Position numbers and translations under genes: made by a program
Notes under the pieces: generated by a model
Seen by the model: only the letters and a program-made list of their open reading frames with translations
Told to the model about the DNA's origin: nothing
Databases searched by the model: none
Part shown: positions 42,461-52,780 of the stretch, in pieces
Position numbering within the stretch: position 1 is the stretch's first letter
How the letters are laid out: each line of letters opens with the position of its first letter
Assembly (NCBI GenBank): GCA_963664325.2
Contig: CAXXDQ010000007.1
Span: 320,001-384,000 of the forward strand
Origin: Desulfomonilia bacterium
GTDB lineage: Bacteria > Desulfobacterota > Desulfomonilia > UBA1062
Length of the DNA: 64,000 bases
Reading direction: 5' to 3'

Positions 42461-42749
42461 GACAGAAGGCTAGCACTTTTATTTCCATTGTGCAATTATA
42501 TTAATATGGAAATATTACCTTATGCATGACGGCTCTCAAGTATATTTATTAAAAAGTATTATCCGTATCTGATTTTTCTTGATTACAGGCTGGAACAAAT
42601 AACTCAGTCAATAACATATAAGACACTAATGGGATTTGTTCTTACAAGCACTATGCAATTATGATTGAATTTGTTATAATTAAATTTGTCACGCGGAAAC
42701 GGAGCTTCTTTTAAGAACGAAGCGGTTTAATATGGAAGGAGGTTCTTCA

Positions 42750-44468
42750 ATGAAAAACAATCAATTTCTCGGCATTCTGAATTCTTTTTTGCTTGTCTGC
42801 ATACTTGCTCTTTCAGCGGCCTGTGGCGGTGCGGGTGGAGGTGGAGGGGGTGTTGACGTTACCGGGGAAAGCAGCACGCCGCCTCCGGCTCCGACAGGCC
42901 TGACGGCTACAGCCAAGTCAGCTTCCAGGATTGATCTTTCATGGAACGCGTCGACCGATGCTGTAGGTTATAATATATACCGTAATGGCGATTACAGTCT
43001 CGCCATTGCCAACGTTTACAATCAAACCACTTATTCGGATGCCAACCTCACTGCAAATACTCCTTACAGTTACACAGTGAAAGCCTATAATTCAAATGGA
43101 AATGAATCAGGCCCGAGCAATCCGGCAAACGCAACAACACTTAATACAGCGACGATACTTTCGGGGACAAGCTCCAACGATTACGGTCGGGGTGTGGCAG
43201 TTGACAGCAGCGGCAATATCTTTGTCACCGGCTGGACCGCCGGTAACCTTTACGGGATAGGCAATCCCAACAACGCTGATGTCTATCTTACCAAGTATAA
43301 TTCATCCGGAATCAGACAGTGGACCAGATTGCTGGGTACCACGGGAGTCGTTGACCCGAGTCCAGACACTTCTCCACCGGACATGGGAAACTACGGCCTC
43401 AATGTGGCTGCAGATGGCACCTATGTATATGTGGCCGGTTACACTACCAATGGGATAGATGGGGTCGGTGCGAAAGGCTATAAAGATATTTTCCTTGTAC
43501 GGTACAACAAGTTAAACGGTGATGGCAAATCATCGATAATAGCGGGCACCACAAGTAATGATGCTGCCAATTCAGTCGCTGTTGACACAAGCGGGAATGT
43601 TTACATCGCAGGTTACACAGAAGGAGAAATGGGTGGAGCAGGCACGCATATAGGAGGAAAGGACATAGTTCTGTTAAAGTATAACTCTTCGCTTGTTCAA
43701 CAGTGGGTCAAGCAGATCGGATCAACAGGAGATGATGTCGCCACCGGTGTGGCCGTAAGTGCAAGCGGAAACAAAGTAGCCATAACAGGACAGGCCGGAG
43801 GGTCATTCTCATTCCTTGTTAATGAGCCGGGATGGGATTATTCAGGCGGTGTCAGCGATCTCTTTGTAGCCAGATTCGACAGTGCCGGCCTCAATGGAAG
43901 TCTGGTTTTCAGGGGTTCAAGCAGCAGCGACCCAGATAGAGCCGCGAGGACCACTGCGGGACTGGCAATTGCTATCCATAACGACGATTACATTGCAGTG
44001 GCCGGCATAAGCAATGGTGAATTCGGCGCGTCAAACCGTGGAGGATTTGACGTTGTTGTAGCATACTTGAAACTTACAAGCTTTACCGATTCGACCGGCC
44101 GCTGGATTCAACAGATAGGTACGGCGGAGGATGATGTCGCCTATGGCATCACGGTTGACAGCGATCCAGGGAATGTTTATGTCACCGGTTTCACGAGTGG
44201 AAGCTGGCCGCCATTCTTTACAAATAAAGGCGAGGAAGACATATTTCTAGCAAGATTCGGCTTCGGCGGCGGTCCGCCGTTTTCTGTTACCCATGCAGGG
44301 ACGTCAGGAGATGACGAAGGCAAGGCGATTGCCATCGATACAAGTAATAATTATCTATACATTGCAGGATTCACAAATGGCAACCTTGACGGGATTCCAA
44401 ATGCGGGAATTAACGACACATACGATATGTGTTTGCTGAAATTTAACACAGCAGGTACAGAGCAATGA
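42750..44468 (+). CDS. lipoprotein with fibronectin type III domain and SBBP beta-propeller repeats
   Basis: LSAAC-GGAGGGGG; P.APTGL...IDLSW...GYNIYR...Y.VKA.N..GNES; repeated AVD.SGN.Y.AGYT.G. Confidence 0.88.
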   Translation: MKNNQFLGILNSFLLVCILALSAACGGAGGGGGGVDVTGESSTPPPAPTGLTATAKSASRIDLSWNASTDAVGYNIYRNGDYSLAIANVYNQTTYSDANLTANTPYSYTVKAYNSNGNESGPSNPANATTLNTATILSGTSSNDYGRGVAVDSSGNIFVTGWTAGNLYGIGNPNNADVYLTKYNSSGIRQWTRLLGTTGVVDPSPDTSPPDMGNYGLNVAADGTYVYVAGYTTNGIDGVGAKGYKDIFLVRYNKLNGDGKSSIIAGTTSNDAANSVAVDTSGNVYIAGYTEGEMGGAGTHIGGKDIVLLKYNSSLVQQWVKQIGSTGDDVATGVAVSASGNKVAITGQAGGSFSFLVNEPGWDYSGGVSDLFVARFDSAGLNGSLVFRGSSSSDPDRAARTTAGLAIAIHNDDYIAVAGISNGEFGASNRGGFDVVVAYLKLTSFTDSTGRWIQQIGTAEDDVAYGITVDSDPGNVYVTGFTSGSWPPFFTNKGEEDIFLARFGFGGGPPFSVTHAGTSGDDEGKAIAIDTSNNYLYIAGFTNGNLDGIPNAGINDTYDMCLLKFNTAGTEQ

Positions 44469-44534
44469 AAGCTTGTATACAGGTAACTGTATAAGTATTA
44501 CCGTTTACGATACTTCACAACCGGTAGTAAATTC

Positions 44535-44568
44535 AAGGCAGGGTTTTAAGCCCTGCCTTTGTTTTTTT
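44535..44568 (+). terminator. rho-independent terminator
   Basis: AAGGCAGGG-TTTTAAG-CCCTGCCTT followed by a T run. Confidence 0.75.
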
Positions 44569-44710
44569 CTGTAGGAACATGGAATTATCAAAGCAAAAAA
44601 ACGTTTGGCCTGGCTATGCCGGTTTATGTCGGTCGTTAGATATCAGTATAAACAAATTCCAACAAGTTAATCGTCCCGCTGAATGTCCCTTTACTTGCTG
44701 CACATGGTCC

Positions 44711-44989
44711 CTACAGGCAGAGAATTTCGTCGATTGTTAGATCCTGAACTCTTACCGGGTCAATCCCCTTAAGTCGTGCCGCAAGCTCTTTAGCGGATAT
44801 TTCCTTCAGCGTGCTGATGATCCTGTACTCATGATCGTCAAGCCACAAAAAGAATTTCCATGCCTTGCATTCCTTGCATTGGGTTCTTTTTTTCTCAAGA
44901 TAGGCATTGCCTTGCAGAGATTCGAGGTCCTTATGCTTCGGGCATTGAATATCAATACAAAAAGTACCGGACTTGTATTTCTTTGTCAT
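44711..44989 (-). CDS. small Cys-containing hypothetical protein
   Basis: FCIDIQC...CKECKAW; AAGGAG RBS. Confidence 0.65.
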   Translation of the reverse strand: MTKKYKSGTFCIDIQCPKHKDLESLQGNAYLEKKRTQCKECKAWKFFLWLDDHEYRIISTLKEISAKELAARLKGIDPVRVQDLTIDEILCL

Positions 44990-45175
44990 CGCCTTACTCC
45001 TTGTATGTTTATATGTAATTTCAATATCATTTTCGAAATTTTAACTCAACGATATTAGTTCCGGCCTCTGCCCTGTCAAACCGGCCATGAACAAACAGCC
45101 GGTCCCGGCCACCTCATTCAACATGAACCATAATCATTTTCCCTGATCAAAACAGAAAGGGTCCTGAAATTCCTT

Positions 45176-45976
45176 CTATTTTATCAGCGACACAGAAGCC
45201 CTGTCAGGCGGAGAAGAGCCTTTCTGATACATGAGCAGATACTCAAGGGGTACGATCGTGAATCCCTTGCCTCTGATACCGGCTATAATTTCCTCCAGCT
45301 CGTCGGCTGTCCATGGTGTTTCATGAAAGAGGACAATGTCGCCGTTCTGAACATTTGACACCACCCTTCCGGCCAGCATGCCGCCGGAAAGTTCGGTCCA
45401 GTCCAGCGAATCAAGGCTCCACAGGATGCCGGTAAGATCATTTTCTTCAAGTGAGTCTTTCAAATCATTATTAATGGCGCCGTACGGAGGCCTGAAATAT
45501 TTTGATTCGATGCCCGATGTTTCAAACGCGATTCGCGCCTTACGCACTTCGGCAAAGCACTTTTCCCTATTGTACGTAGAGAAATTATCATGGGAGTATC
45601 CATGCATGTACGTCTCAAAAAGCGGATCCCTGTACTGTCCGATATTCTCAGGCCCGATATTCCCGGCGACAAGGAAAAATGCAGCCGGGCATTCAAGCCT
45701 CTTCAGTATCGATAATATCTTTTCGGAATTCATTGAAGGCCCGTCATCAAAGGTTATTGACACAATCCTTTCCTGGCTCATCACGCTGAAAACAAATGCG
45801 TCTTTAAGGGACATTTCCTTTCGTCCGAGATAATCGGCATACTGATCATGAAGCAAAAACCTGTTCGGTCCTGCAATGCCTGTTTCCTTAATTTTAATAT
45901 CAGGCCCTGCGCATCCGCTTAAACAAAGGACGATCACCGTCAGCCAGACTGCAAATGTTCTGTTAATCTTCATCAT
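45176..45976 (-). CDS. polysaccharide deacetylase family lipoprotein
   Basis: TFDDGP, H.YSH, FRPPYG, DSLDW, IVLFHE; lipobox LSGC. Confidence 0.9.
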   Translation of the reverse strand: MMKINRTFAVWLTVIVLCLSGCAGPDIKIKETGIAGPNRFLLHDQYADYLGRKEMSLKDAFVFSVMSQERIVSITFDDGPSMNSEKILSILKRLECPAAFFLVAGNIGPENIGQYRDPLFETYMHGYSHDNFSTYNREKCFAEVRKARIAFETSGIESKYFRPPYGAINNDLKDSLEENDLTGILWSLDSLDWTELSGGMLAGRVVSNVQNGDIVLFHETPWTADELEEIIAGIRGKGFTIVPLEYLLMYQKGSSPPDRASVSLIK

Positions 45977-46066
45977 CTACTCTGATTTGCATTTTATATC
46001 TTGTGGCGTCAACAATGCCATCCTCTGCAGCCCGTGTTTCCTCCAGTAAGGAACGATACCGGGGAT

Positions 46067-46489
46067 TCATTCCGTAAAACCCCTTTCAGCCATTACCGAA
46101 CCTTTTCTGAAGAGCGCCATGCCAGTCTTCATCTTTCGAAATCCAAGCCCCTGGTAAAATCCCTCTTTGCCGGGGTTGGCATATAAGATTATGCTGCAAT
46201 GAGAGAGCCTCCCCTGGATGTTTTTCATAATGGCAGTCCCGATGCCCATTTTCTGTAAATCTGGGACCACTGCGATATCATAGACGGCAGCCTGATAGAC
46301 ACCATCGGAAATCGCCCGGCCGAAACCGACCAGCCGGCCGGAATGATAGGCAAATGCCGCCACATGGCTGGCTTCAAACGCTTTTTTATGCATTTCAGGA
46401 TCATCGTAAGTCATGCCAACCCGCTTCAGCGTTTCAGATACCGTCTTCCAGTCAACCCCCGAACAGTCGTTTTTAATGTCTATCTGCAC
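46067..46489 (-). CDS. GNAT family N-acetyltransferase
   Basis: GFGRAISDG..QA..YD.AV.P..Q..GIG...FY...GF; GTG start with GGAGG RBS. Confidence 0.9.
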   Translation of the reverse strand: MQIDIKNDCSGVDWKTVSETLKRVGMTYDDPEMHKKAFEASHVAAFAYHSGRLVGFGRAISDGVYQAAVYDIAVVPDLQKMGIGTAIMKNIQGRLSHCSIILYANPGKEGFYQGLGFRKMKTGMALFRKGSVMAERGFTE

Positions 46490-46681
46490 CAAAGCCTCCC
46501 CTGGAAAGTTTGCCTGATTCAGGAAACTCCACCTGCATATTATATAATACCAGATCTTTTTCAAATTGATTTGACTATTCGGACTGACTTACCGTACATT
46601 TTGAAACAGTGTCTTTGATTTTTCTGTCCCGAATAAAAGTCACGGGAAGGGACGATAAATAAAAATTATACGGGATTTCAG

Positions 46682-47929
46682 GTGAGCAAAACGAATACGA
46701 AAAAATCAGGTTCAAATGACGCGAATATCCTGCGGATGCCTGAAGACACGTTCCCGAGTAATCTGAGCGTCAGCATATCAAGGACCGTTACCATGCCTGA
46801 TCTTAAAAACCTCGCGGCCTTCAGAAAGGCATACAAGAAATCATGGGGCATAGACCTGCAACTCACAGGGCCGGAAGGCAAAGAGTATAACGAGGATATC
46901 GACTGTCCCTATTGCGGGCTGCCGGAATGCCTCAATATCAGGAGGCTTGTAATAATCGAGGCCTTGAGATGGGGCGAGCCCGTCATAAAGCTCTGCAGCC
47001 GGAAGCGGTTTCTATGGGGGCTTCCCCTGATGGCCAACCGCCATGTCACCGGCGGAGTCATAGCCGAGATTTCCGAAGATAAGGTCTTTCCTGATGACTC
47101 GGGCAAACCCGGGCTTGATATAGTCAAAACAGCGGCCGATCTGCTGAGGCTTGCGGGCATGTATAACCTCACAAACATAGATCTGATGGAAAATAAACAG
47201 GCCTATTATAAAAAAGAGGAATTGAGGGCGCACTCAATCCAGTATTTCAAGGCGCTCGGCATATCGGAGATAAGGGATATGTATTCACGGATCGAACCGG
47301 ATCTGCTGCTCGCAATCAGGCAGGGTAACAAAAAGGAGGCCAGGGGTCACATAAACACACTGCTTACCGCCATTCTGCACCAGGCCCAGGGAAAGTTCGA
47401 ACTAATCAAGGGGCTGTTCATCGAGCTGGTAAGCACAATGTACCGTACGGCCATCGAACTGGGAGGGACTGCGGATATGCTTCTGGGAAAGAACTATGCC
47501 TCTCTTGTTCAATTCTCGAAGATAACAAGCGAAGAGGATCTGTCTTTCTGGCTATCAAACACCCTTGACACGATAATGGATTCCATCCACCGTCACAGCC
47601 TTGATTCAAAACCCTTTCAGATTCAAACGGCGGTCAATTATATGAAGGAGCGCCTGACTGAAGATATCTCGAGGGAAGATGCGGCGCGCGCTGCCTGCAT
47701 GTCCGTCTCGCACTTTTCCCGCCAGTTTAAAAGACATTACGGCTGCTGTTTTTCCGAGCTTTTAAACAGGCTCAGGGTTGACAAGGCCCGCGAACTTCTG
47801 GCCGACAGCAACCAGACCATCGCCGAGGTGGCCCAGAATGCCGGATTTAATGACCAGAGCTATTTCAACAAGGTCTTTCGCCGTTATGTATCGGCCACAC
47901 CCCAGCAATACAGGAATTTCAACAGGTAG
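46682..47929 (+). CDS. AraC family regulator with PocR-like sensory domain
   Basis: N-terminal CPYC...C...EALRWGEP...C; C-terminal HFSRQFK...GF.DQSYF.KVFR...TP.QYR; start codon uncertain. Confidence 0.88.
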   Translation: MSKTNTKKSGSNDANILRMPEDTFPSNLSVSISRTVTMPDLKNLAAFRKAYKKSWGIDLQLTGPEGKEYNEDIDCPYCGLPECLNIRRLVIIEALRWGEPVIKLCSRKRFLWGLPLMANRHVTGGVIAEISEDKVFPDDSGKPGLDIVKTAADLLRLAGMYNLTNIDLMENKQAYYKKEELRAHSIQYFKALGISEIRDMYSRIEPDLLLAIRQGNKKEARGHINTLLTAILHQAQGKFELIKGLFIELVSTMYRTAIELGGTADMLLGKNYASLVQFSKITSEEDLSFWLSNTLDTIMDSIHRHSLDSKPFQIQTAVNYMKERLTEDISREDAARAACMSVSHFSRQFKRHYGCCFSELLNRLRVDKARELLADSNQTIAEVAQNAGFNDQSYFNKVFRRYVSATPQQYRNFNR

Positions 47930-48030
47930 TGCTCTACCCTCCCCCGCCACTTTTCTCCTGGAAGTGAAGATCCCCGAATATGCTTTTATTCTGGGAATTC
48001 ATTTTGTATAAATTTCTTTTCTTCATATAG

Positions 48031-48066
48031 AGCACAATATTACAAAACAATGGATTAATACTCCAA
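48031..48066 (+). promoter_or_regulatory. putative AraC-type tandem direct-repeat operator
   Basis: AATATTACAA (48036) and AATACTCCAA (48057) are 21 bp apart, upstream of the corrinoid gene. Confidence 0.4.
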
Positions 48067-48131
48067 GCCCAAGTTTTACAAGTGTGATATTTTACTGCAA
48101 TTAATCAGGCCTTAAAGAAGAGAGGTGGGCT

Positions 48132-48764
48132 ATGAATGTCCTTGAAGCATTGTCGGAATCAATACAGAAGGGAAGCCTTACTGATACGGTTGGACTTGTA
48201 ACAAGCGCATTGAACGAAGGGATAGCTCCTCAGATAATTCTAGATGAAGCCCTGATAAAGGCAATGGGGATAATCGGAGACAAATTCAAAGAAGGTGAAA
48301 TTTTTGTGCCCGAAATGCTGATTGCAGCACGTGCCATGAACAAAGCCCTGCAGATTCTTGAACCCGTAATGCTTAAAAACAGCGTAAAGGCCAAAGGCAG
48401 GCTTCTCATAGGGACTGTTCAGGGCGACCTTCATGATATAGGCAAAAACCTGGTCTGCATAATGTATAAGGGTGCTGGTTTTAATGTCATTGACCTGGGC
48501 GCGAATGTAGCTGTCGAAACCTTTGTCGCTGCAGCAAAAGAGCACAAGCCGGACATAATAGGACTTTCATCGCTGCTGACGACGACCATCAATTATATGC
48601 AGCTTGTTATTGAAGGGCTTCGTAAAAACGGGATTCTTTCAAAGGTCATCATCGGCGGAGCGCCGGTGACTCCCGAATTCGCTGCGAAAATAAATGCTGA
48701 CGGTTACGCCGACAACGCGGCAACCGCGGTCAATCTTGGAAAAAGCCTTTTAGGGTTGGCTTAG
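48132..48764 (+). CDS. corrinoid (cobalamin-binding) protein, MtbC/MttC-like
   Basis: FVPEML.AARAM cap; GTVQGDLHDIGKNLV (DxHxxG); SSLLTTT; GGAP. Confidence 0.95.
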   Translation: MNVLEALSESIQKGSLTDTVGLVTSALNEGIAPQIILDEALIKAMGIIGDKFKEGEIFVPEMLIAARAMNKALQILEPVMLKNSVKAKGRLLIGTVQGDLHDIGKNLVCIMYKGAGFNVIDLGANVAVETFVAAAKEHKPDIIGLSSLLTTTINYMQLVIEGLRKNGILSKVIIGGAPVTPEFAAKINADGYADNAATAVNLGKSLLGLA

Positions 48765-48805
48765 ATGAGAATCACAACCATGTATTTTGAAAGGAGACGG
48801 ATTTC

Positions 48806-49810
48806 ATGAAAATTAATATGGAGCAATGGCGAAATTCCATCATGAACTCGGGCTGGATTCAGGCATTTCCTATAATGAGCAACTTCGGCGTAAGCCTCAA
48901 AAACATGAGCATAAAAGATGCGGTTACAGACGGGGATAAACAGGCCGCATGCATCAAAGCCGTTTCGGATGCTTTCGATATGTGCGCCGGCAGCACCCTC
49001 ATGGATCTTTCGGTTGAGGCTCAGGCCTTCGGCTGCGAAGTTGTTATGACCGATAGCGAGACCCCTTCTGTAAGCAAAGGCATAATAACGGACATGGATT
49101 CCGCCCTCGGGCTTAAAATACCGGACCCTGCCGCTGAAAGGACCTCGGTTAACCTGAAGGCGGCCTCCATAAGTGCCGCTGAAATAAGCAGGCCTCTTTT
49201 TGCCTGCATTATCGGTCCTTTTTCCCTGGCCGGGCGGCTTATGGATATGACAAAGATCCTCATAAGCCTTTTTAACTCGGCCGATACGGTTCATCTCGTG
49301 CTGGAAAAATGTACGGAATTCCTGATTGCCTATGCATCGGCCTTCAAAAAAGCGGGCGCCAACGGAATAATCATGGCAGAACCTGCGGCAAGCCTCATCT
49401 CTCCGAAACAGTGCGCGGAATTTTCTTCGGCATATATCAAAAAGATCGCCGATGCCGTGCAGGACGACGGGTTCATCATGGTCCTTCACAATTGCGGAAA
49501 AACCCTGCGGCATGTTGAGACCATGCTTTCAACCTCGGCGCGCGGCCTCCATTTCGGAAACGCGGTCGACCTTAAAGAAATCGCCCCCAAGATACCGGAC
49601 GACATACTTTTCATGGGGAACATTGACCCGGTCTCGGTCTTCAAGGACGGAACCCCTCAGGATGTTTCCGGCAAAACGACCTCTCTGCTTGAAGCCATGA
49701 AAAGCTACACGAATTTCATAATTTCATCGGGGTGCGACATTCCGCCGGGAATAAGCAGGGCGAATTTTGACGCTTTCTTCAAAGCGGTATCGGACTTCAA
49801 CAAAAGGTGA
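48806..49810 (+). CDS. uroporphyrinogen decarboxylase family methyltransferase (MtaA/CmuA-like)
   Basis: DLSVEAQAFG, GPFSLAG, LHNCG, GNIDP, SSGCDIP (H-x-C and C zinc ligands). Confidence 0.9.
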   Translation: MKINMEQWRNSIMNSGWIQAFPIMSNFGVSLKNMSIKDAVTDGDKQAACIKAVSDAFDMCAGSTLMDLSVEAQAFGCEVVMTDSETPSVSKGIITDMDSALGLKIPDPAAERTSVNLKAASISAAEISRPLFACIIGPFSLAGRLMDMTKILISLFNSADTVHLVLEKCTEFLIAYASAFKKAGANGIIMAEPAASLISPKQCAEFSSAYIKKIADAVQDDGFIMVLHNCGKTLRHVETMLSTSARGLHFGNAVDLKEIAPKIPDDILFMGNIDPVSVFKDGTPQDVSGKTTSLLEAMKSYTNFIISSGCDIPPGISRANFDAFFKAVSDFNKR

Positions 49811-49863
49811 ATCTGAACCAGTCGGAAAATCAGCTCCCACGAATTGTCGTATTTCTTACTGGC

Positions 49864-50154
49864 TCAACCTGCCCCGCTTTTAATGCGCCTTTTCCGTTCC
49901 CCGGTGAACGACCACCAGGGAAGAGGAGAGCCGCCTTCCATGAAATGAACCGCCGCCATAAACACATCGATGACGCACGGATCATGTCTTTTGCCCGTCA
50001 CCCTGTTAAGCGCCTCGTACAATTCAAACGGGTCTTTCCCGATCAGCTTTAAGGGATTATCAACACCGATCAGCATAAGGTCGGCAGCCATCGCCCTGCC
50101 GATATTAGGAAGATCTTCAAGTCTTTTTGCCGCCTTTCTGTCCGGATTCTTCAT
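49864..50154 (-). CDS. helix-hairpin-helix protein (Cdd1/mitomycin-resistance-like)
   Basis: LEDLPNIG.A.A.DL..IG...DP.ELY...HDPCVIDVF...PWW. Confidence 0.88.
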   Translation of the reverse strand: MKNPDRKAAKRLEDLPNIGRAMAADLMLIGVDNPLKLIGKDPFELYEALNRVTGKRHDPCVIDVFMAAVHFMEGGSPLPWWSFTGERKRRIKSGAG

Positions 50155-50221
50155 CTCAAATTTTCCCTTAAATAATGATCCACGTTCTCTGCGGGCAAAA
50201 CAACTCCGCAGAGGACCATGC

Positions 50222-50593
50222 TCATGCTAGAAAACCCGCCGACAAATACAGCAGACATGACCCTGATAAAATATTCAAATATATTATTGCATTTGATATT
50301 ATCAGGCTGAACTGGCCATTTCTTTTGACGATTATTTTATGCACTACAAATGGAATCAGCCCGCCGACACCAGTTACAACGCCCAATACGAATCCTAGAG
50401 GAGAGCCTTTTTCGATTTCAATCAATCCATAGAAGATAACAAGAATTATTGGAATATGAAGCAGCAGGAAGCCGGTTACTTTTCCGGGCAGTCTTAACAG
50501 TTCCCATTCCTTTTCATAGGCCGATTCTATCTCATGCAGGATCAGTAGCGTCGCATTTATGACATACAGCATCGAGACAATTTTCATTTTCAT
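50222..50593 (-). CDS. small membrane protein (DUF6713-like)
   Basis: NATLLILHEIESAYEKEW.L..LPG...FLLLH pattern. Confidence 0.7.
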   Translation of the reverse strand: MKMKIVSMLYVINATLLILHEIESAYEKEWELLRLPGKVTGFLLLHIPIILVIFYGLIEIEKGSPLGFVLGVVTGVGGLIPFVVHKIIVKRNGQFSLIISNAIIYLNILSGSCLLYLSAGFLA

Positions 50594-50631
50594 CTCCTCC
50601 GTGTTGAGGGACTTTTGATGCCCTTCTCAGC

Positions 50632-51600
50632 TTACTCTGCCTGTTTTACTGAAAGATTATCTATCGCCTTATCCAATGCAAGGTTGAATTCTTCAGGACG
50701 GTCCATCATCAGGAAATGGTCGGCTTTCCTGATAACGATTGCATCGAAAGAAAGCATATGCCTTCTGTTGGCCTTATAGTTGATCGCCGACATATCCCCA
50801 TCCACAGTAATGACCGGAATGCGGATTTTATCGAATATCTTCGCAGCATCCCCTGTGATATACTGCATCATCATCTCGTTTATGGCACTTAACGCCACTG
50901 CCGGCGGTGCGGCCGACATATCTGTGAGAATCCAGTCGCTCAGTTCCTTATCGGTTCCTGGCAGAATCATCCGGCTGATGAATTGACGGCTTCCGGTCCG
51001 AAAATCCTTTTCCATCGGCTCTGTCATTGATTTAAGCTCTTTTGATGTCAATTTATATTCTATGTCCTGAAGCGTATCTATGCCGATCAGGCCTATGACC
51101 TTATCCGGCATGAGACTGGCGGCTTCGGCAATCACCGAACCGCCCATAGAATGGCCTATCAGGATGACCTTGCCGCTGCATGCCGCAACAGTTACCGCCT
51201 TGACATCCTCGCCGAAAGACTCCATCGTATAGCTCTTGCGCGACAACCCTGAATTTCCATGCCCTGCAAGGTCAAGAAGGACTATGCGGTGTTTTTTGGA
51301 AAAATAAGGTATTTGCGCACGCCAGTATCGCTCATCGCAGCTCCACCCGTGCACGAAGACGAGAGCGGGCTCTCCTTCGCCATAGACATCATATGATATC
51401 GGAACGCCGTCTTTTGACGGGGCCATATGCGGCCAATTCGTCTGAGCCTGCAGAGTTCCGCAGATTAAAGCCAGAAACACCAGAAAACCGAACATGCATT
51501 CTGATAGTTTTATAATCTGTTTACAATAAGGTTTTCCGACAGTCTCATTATCTACCTTTGCTTTCATTATATATTCCTCCTTTGGCAGCTTTATCATCAA
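50632..51600 (-). CDS. alpha/beta hydrolase
   Basis: FVHGW, DLAGHG, GHSMGG, HFLM; start uncertain. Confidence 0.92.
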   Translation of the reverse strand: MMIKLPKEEYIMKAKVDNETVGKPYCKQIIKLSECMFGFLVFLALICGTLQAQTNWPHMAPSKDGVPISYDVYGEGEPALVFVHGWSCDERYWRAQIPYFSKKHRIVLLDLAGHGNSGLSRKSYTMESFGEDVKAVTVAACSGKVILIGHSMGGSVIAEAASLMPDKVIGLIGIDTLQDIEYKLTSKELKSMTEPMEKDFRTGSRQFISRMILPGTDKELSDWILTDMSAAPPAVALSAINEMMMQYITGDAAKIFDKIRIPVITVDGDMSAINYKANRRHMLSFDAIVIRKADHFLMMDRPEEFNLALDKAIDNLSVKQAE

Positions 51601-51625
51601 AAGCTGTCTGCTTCACATGATACCT

Positions 51626-52003
51626 TTATATTACCTGACCTGACGGCCATAAGCGGTCTTCGTAATCCTTCGTGAAGCCGGGCGAATTTGCCGTCAGGTA
51701 TTCCAGAACTTCGTTTCCTGTATTTCTAATACCATGCCTTTTATTCGGGGGTATATGAACAGCGTCTCCTGCAATCATTTCCCTGGTCTCATCTTCTATT
51801 ATCATAAGACCTTTTCCTTTAATGATGTAATAGCACTGCTCTGGATCATGGTTATGGACCGGCTGCTCCGATCCGACAGGGATCTCCGAAACCTGCATTG
51901 AAATACCCCGGCTCATCGAAATACCTGCGCTTATAAGCATCCAGGACTTCAGTGCCGTCAATTCTCCCGTGTTTCTGGAGTTGCCCCTGTTGAAAATTTC
52001 CAT
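51626..52003 (-). CDS. cupin domain protein
   Basis: H.H..EQ.YYI..G.G...GD...IP.N..H.I.N. Confidence 0.9.
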   Translation of the reverse strand: MEIFNRGNSRNTGELTALKSWMLISAGISMSRGISMQVSEIPVGSEQPVHNHDPEQCYYIIKGKGLMIIEDETREMIAGDAVHIPPNKRHGIRNTGNEVLEYLTANSPGFTKDYEDRLWPSGQVI

Positions 52004-52025
52004 ATATCCCTCCGAAATAAGCCTG

Positions 52026-52305
52026 TCATATAATTTCCAGAAATTCTTTTGTAGTCAGGACCCTGGCAAAAGGAGCCTTTAGAGAAGCCATAAAGGCGTC
52101 TTGAACAGCAGATGCCTTTATAGTCCTTACTTCATACTCGGGATCCTTTGTTGCGCAGGCGTCGGAAATCACGCTGCAGGCATATCCGAGATCAAAGGCG
52201 GCCCTGACAGTTGCATCTATGCACATATGGCTCACCGGCCAACTCCATTCTTCCTCTTTTGAAGTAGTCATTCTGGACATCGACAACGACCAGACCTTTT
52301 TTCAT
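52026..52305 (-). pseudogene. isochorismatase/cysteine hydrolase pseudogene with internal deletion
   Basis: MKKGLVVVDVQNDYFKRGRMELAG joins out of frame to SHMCIDATVRAAFDLGY...DACAT. Confidence 0.85.
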
Positions 52306-52351
52306 TCATTTCTCCGTTCACTCCGTCCGGCATTTAGATATCAGGCCTTAT

Positions 52352-52780
52352 TTAGCCGCCTGCAGGATCAAGAATCGCCATGGTGGCGCTTGCCTTTGAC
52401 ACCAGACGTTCTTCACCTAATGACATGCAAAAAACCTCTGACTCAACAAAGGAGAACTTTCTCCCAGGTTTTATAACTCTGGCCCTGCAGATCAGCCGAT
52501 CGCCTTTCGCGGCCCGCAAAAGGCTGATCTTAAACTCCACAGTCATGACATGCAGCCCTTCCTTTGCCAGTGTTCCTGCCGCTGCACCTGCCGTGTGGTC
52601 GGCCATGGTTGCCTGGACTCCTGTATGTACAAACCCGTTCTGCTGCAGGTGGCGAGGCTCCAGGTTGAGCAAGGTCACGCATTCTCCTTTTCCGAACGAT
52701 TCGAGTTCCAGGCCCAATTCGACTATGAACGGAGCACTTCGGAAAAGCTCCCTGAAGGTGCCATGATGATTATCATTCAT
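52352..52780 (-). CDS. PaaI family thioesterase
   Basis: HLQQNGFVH.G...TMAD...G.AA; hotdog fold pattern. Confidence 0.9.
   Translation of the reverse strand: MNDNHHGTFRELFRSAPFIVELGLELESFGKGECVTLLNLEPRHLQQNGFVHTGVQATMADHTAGAAAGTLAKEGLHVMTVEFKISLLRAAKGDRLICRARVIKPGRKFSFVESEVFCMSLGEERLVSKASATMAILDPAGG

Noticed and set aside
42478-42515. MarR operator-like dyads (ATTTCCAT / ATGGAAAT)
   Set aside because: Plausible, but in very AT-rich DNA and too degenerate to call.
42660-42745. Riboswitch upstream of the FN3/SBBP lipoprotein
   Set aside because: No match to c-di-GMP or other aptamer consensus that I can recognise.
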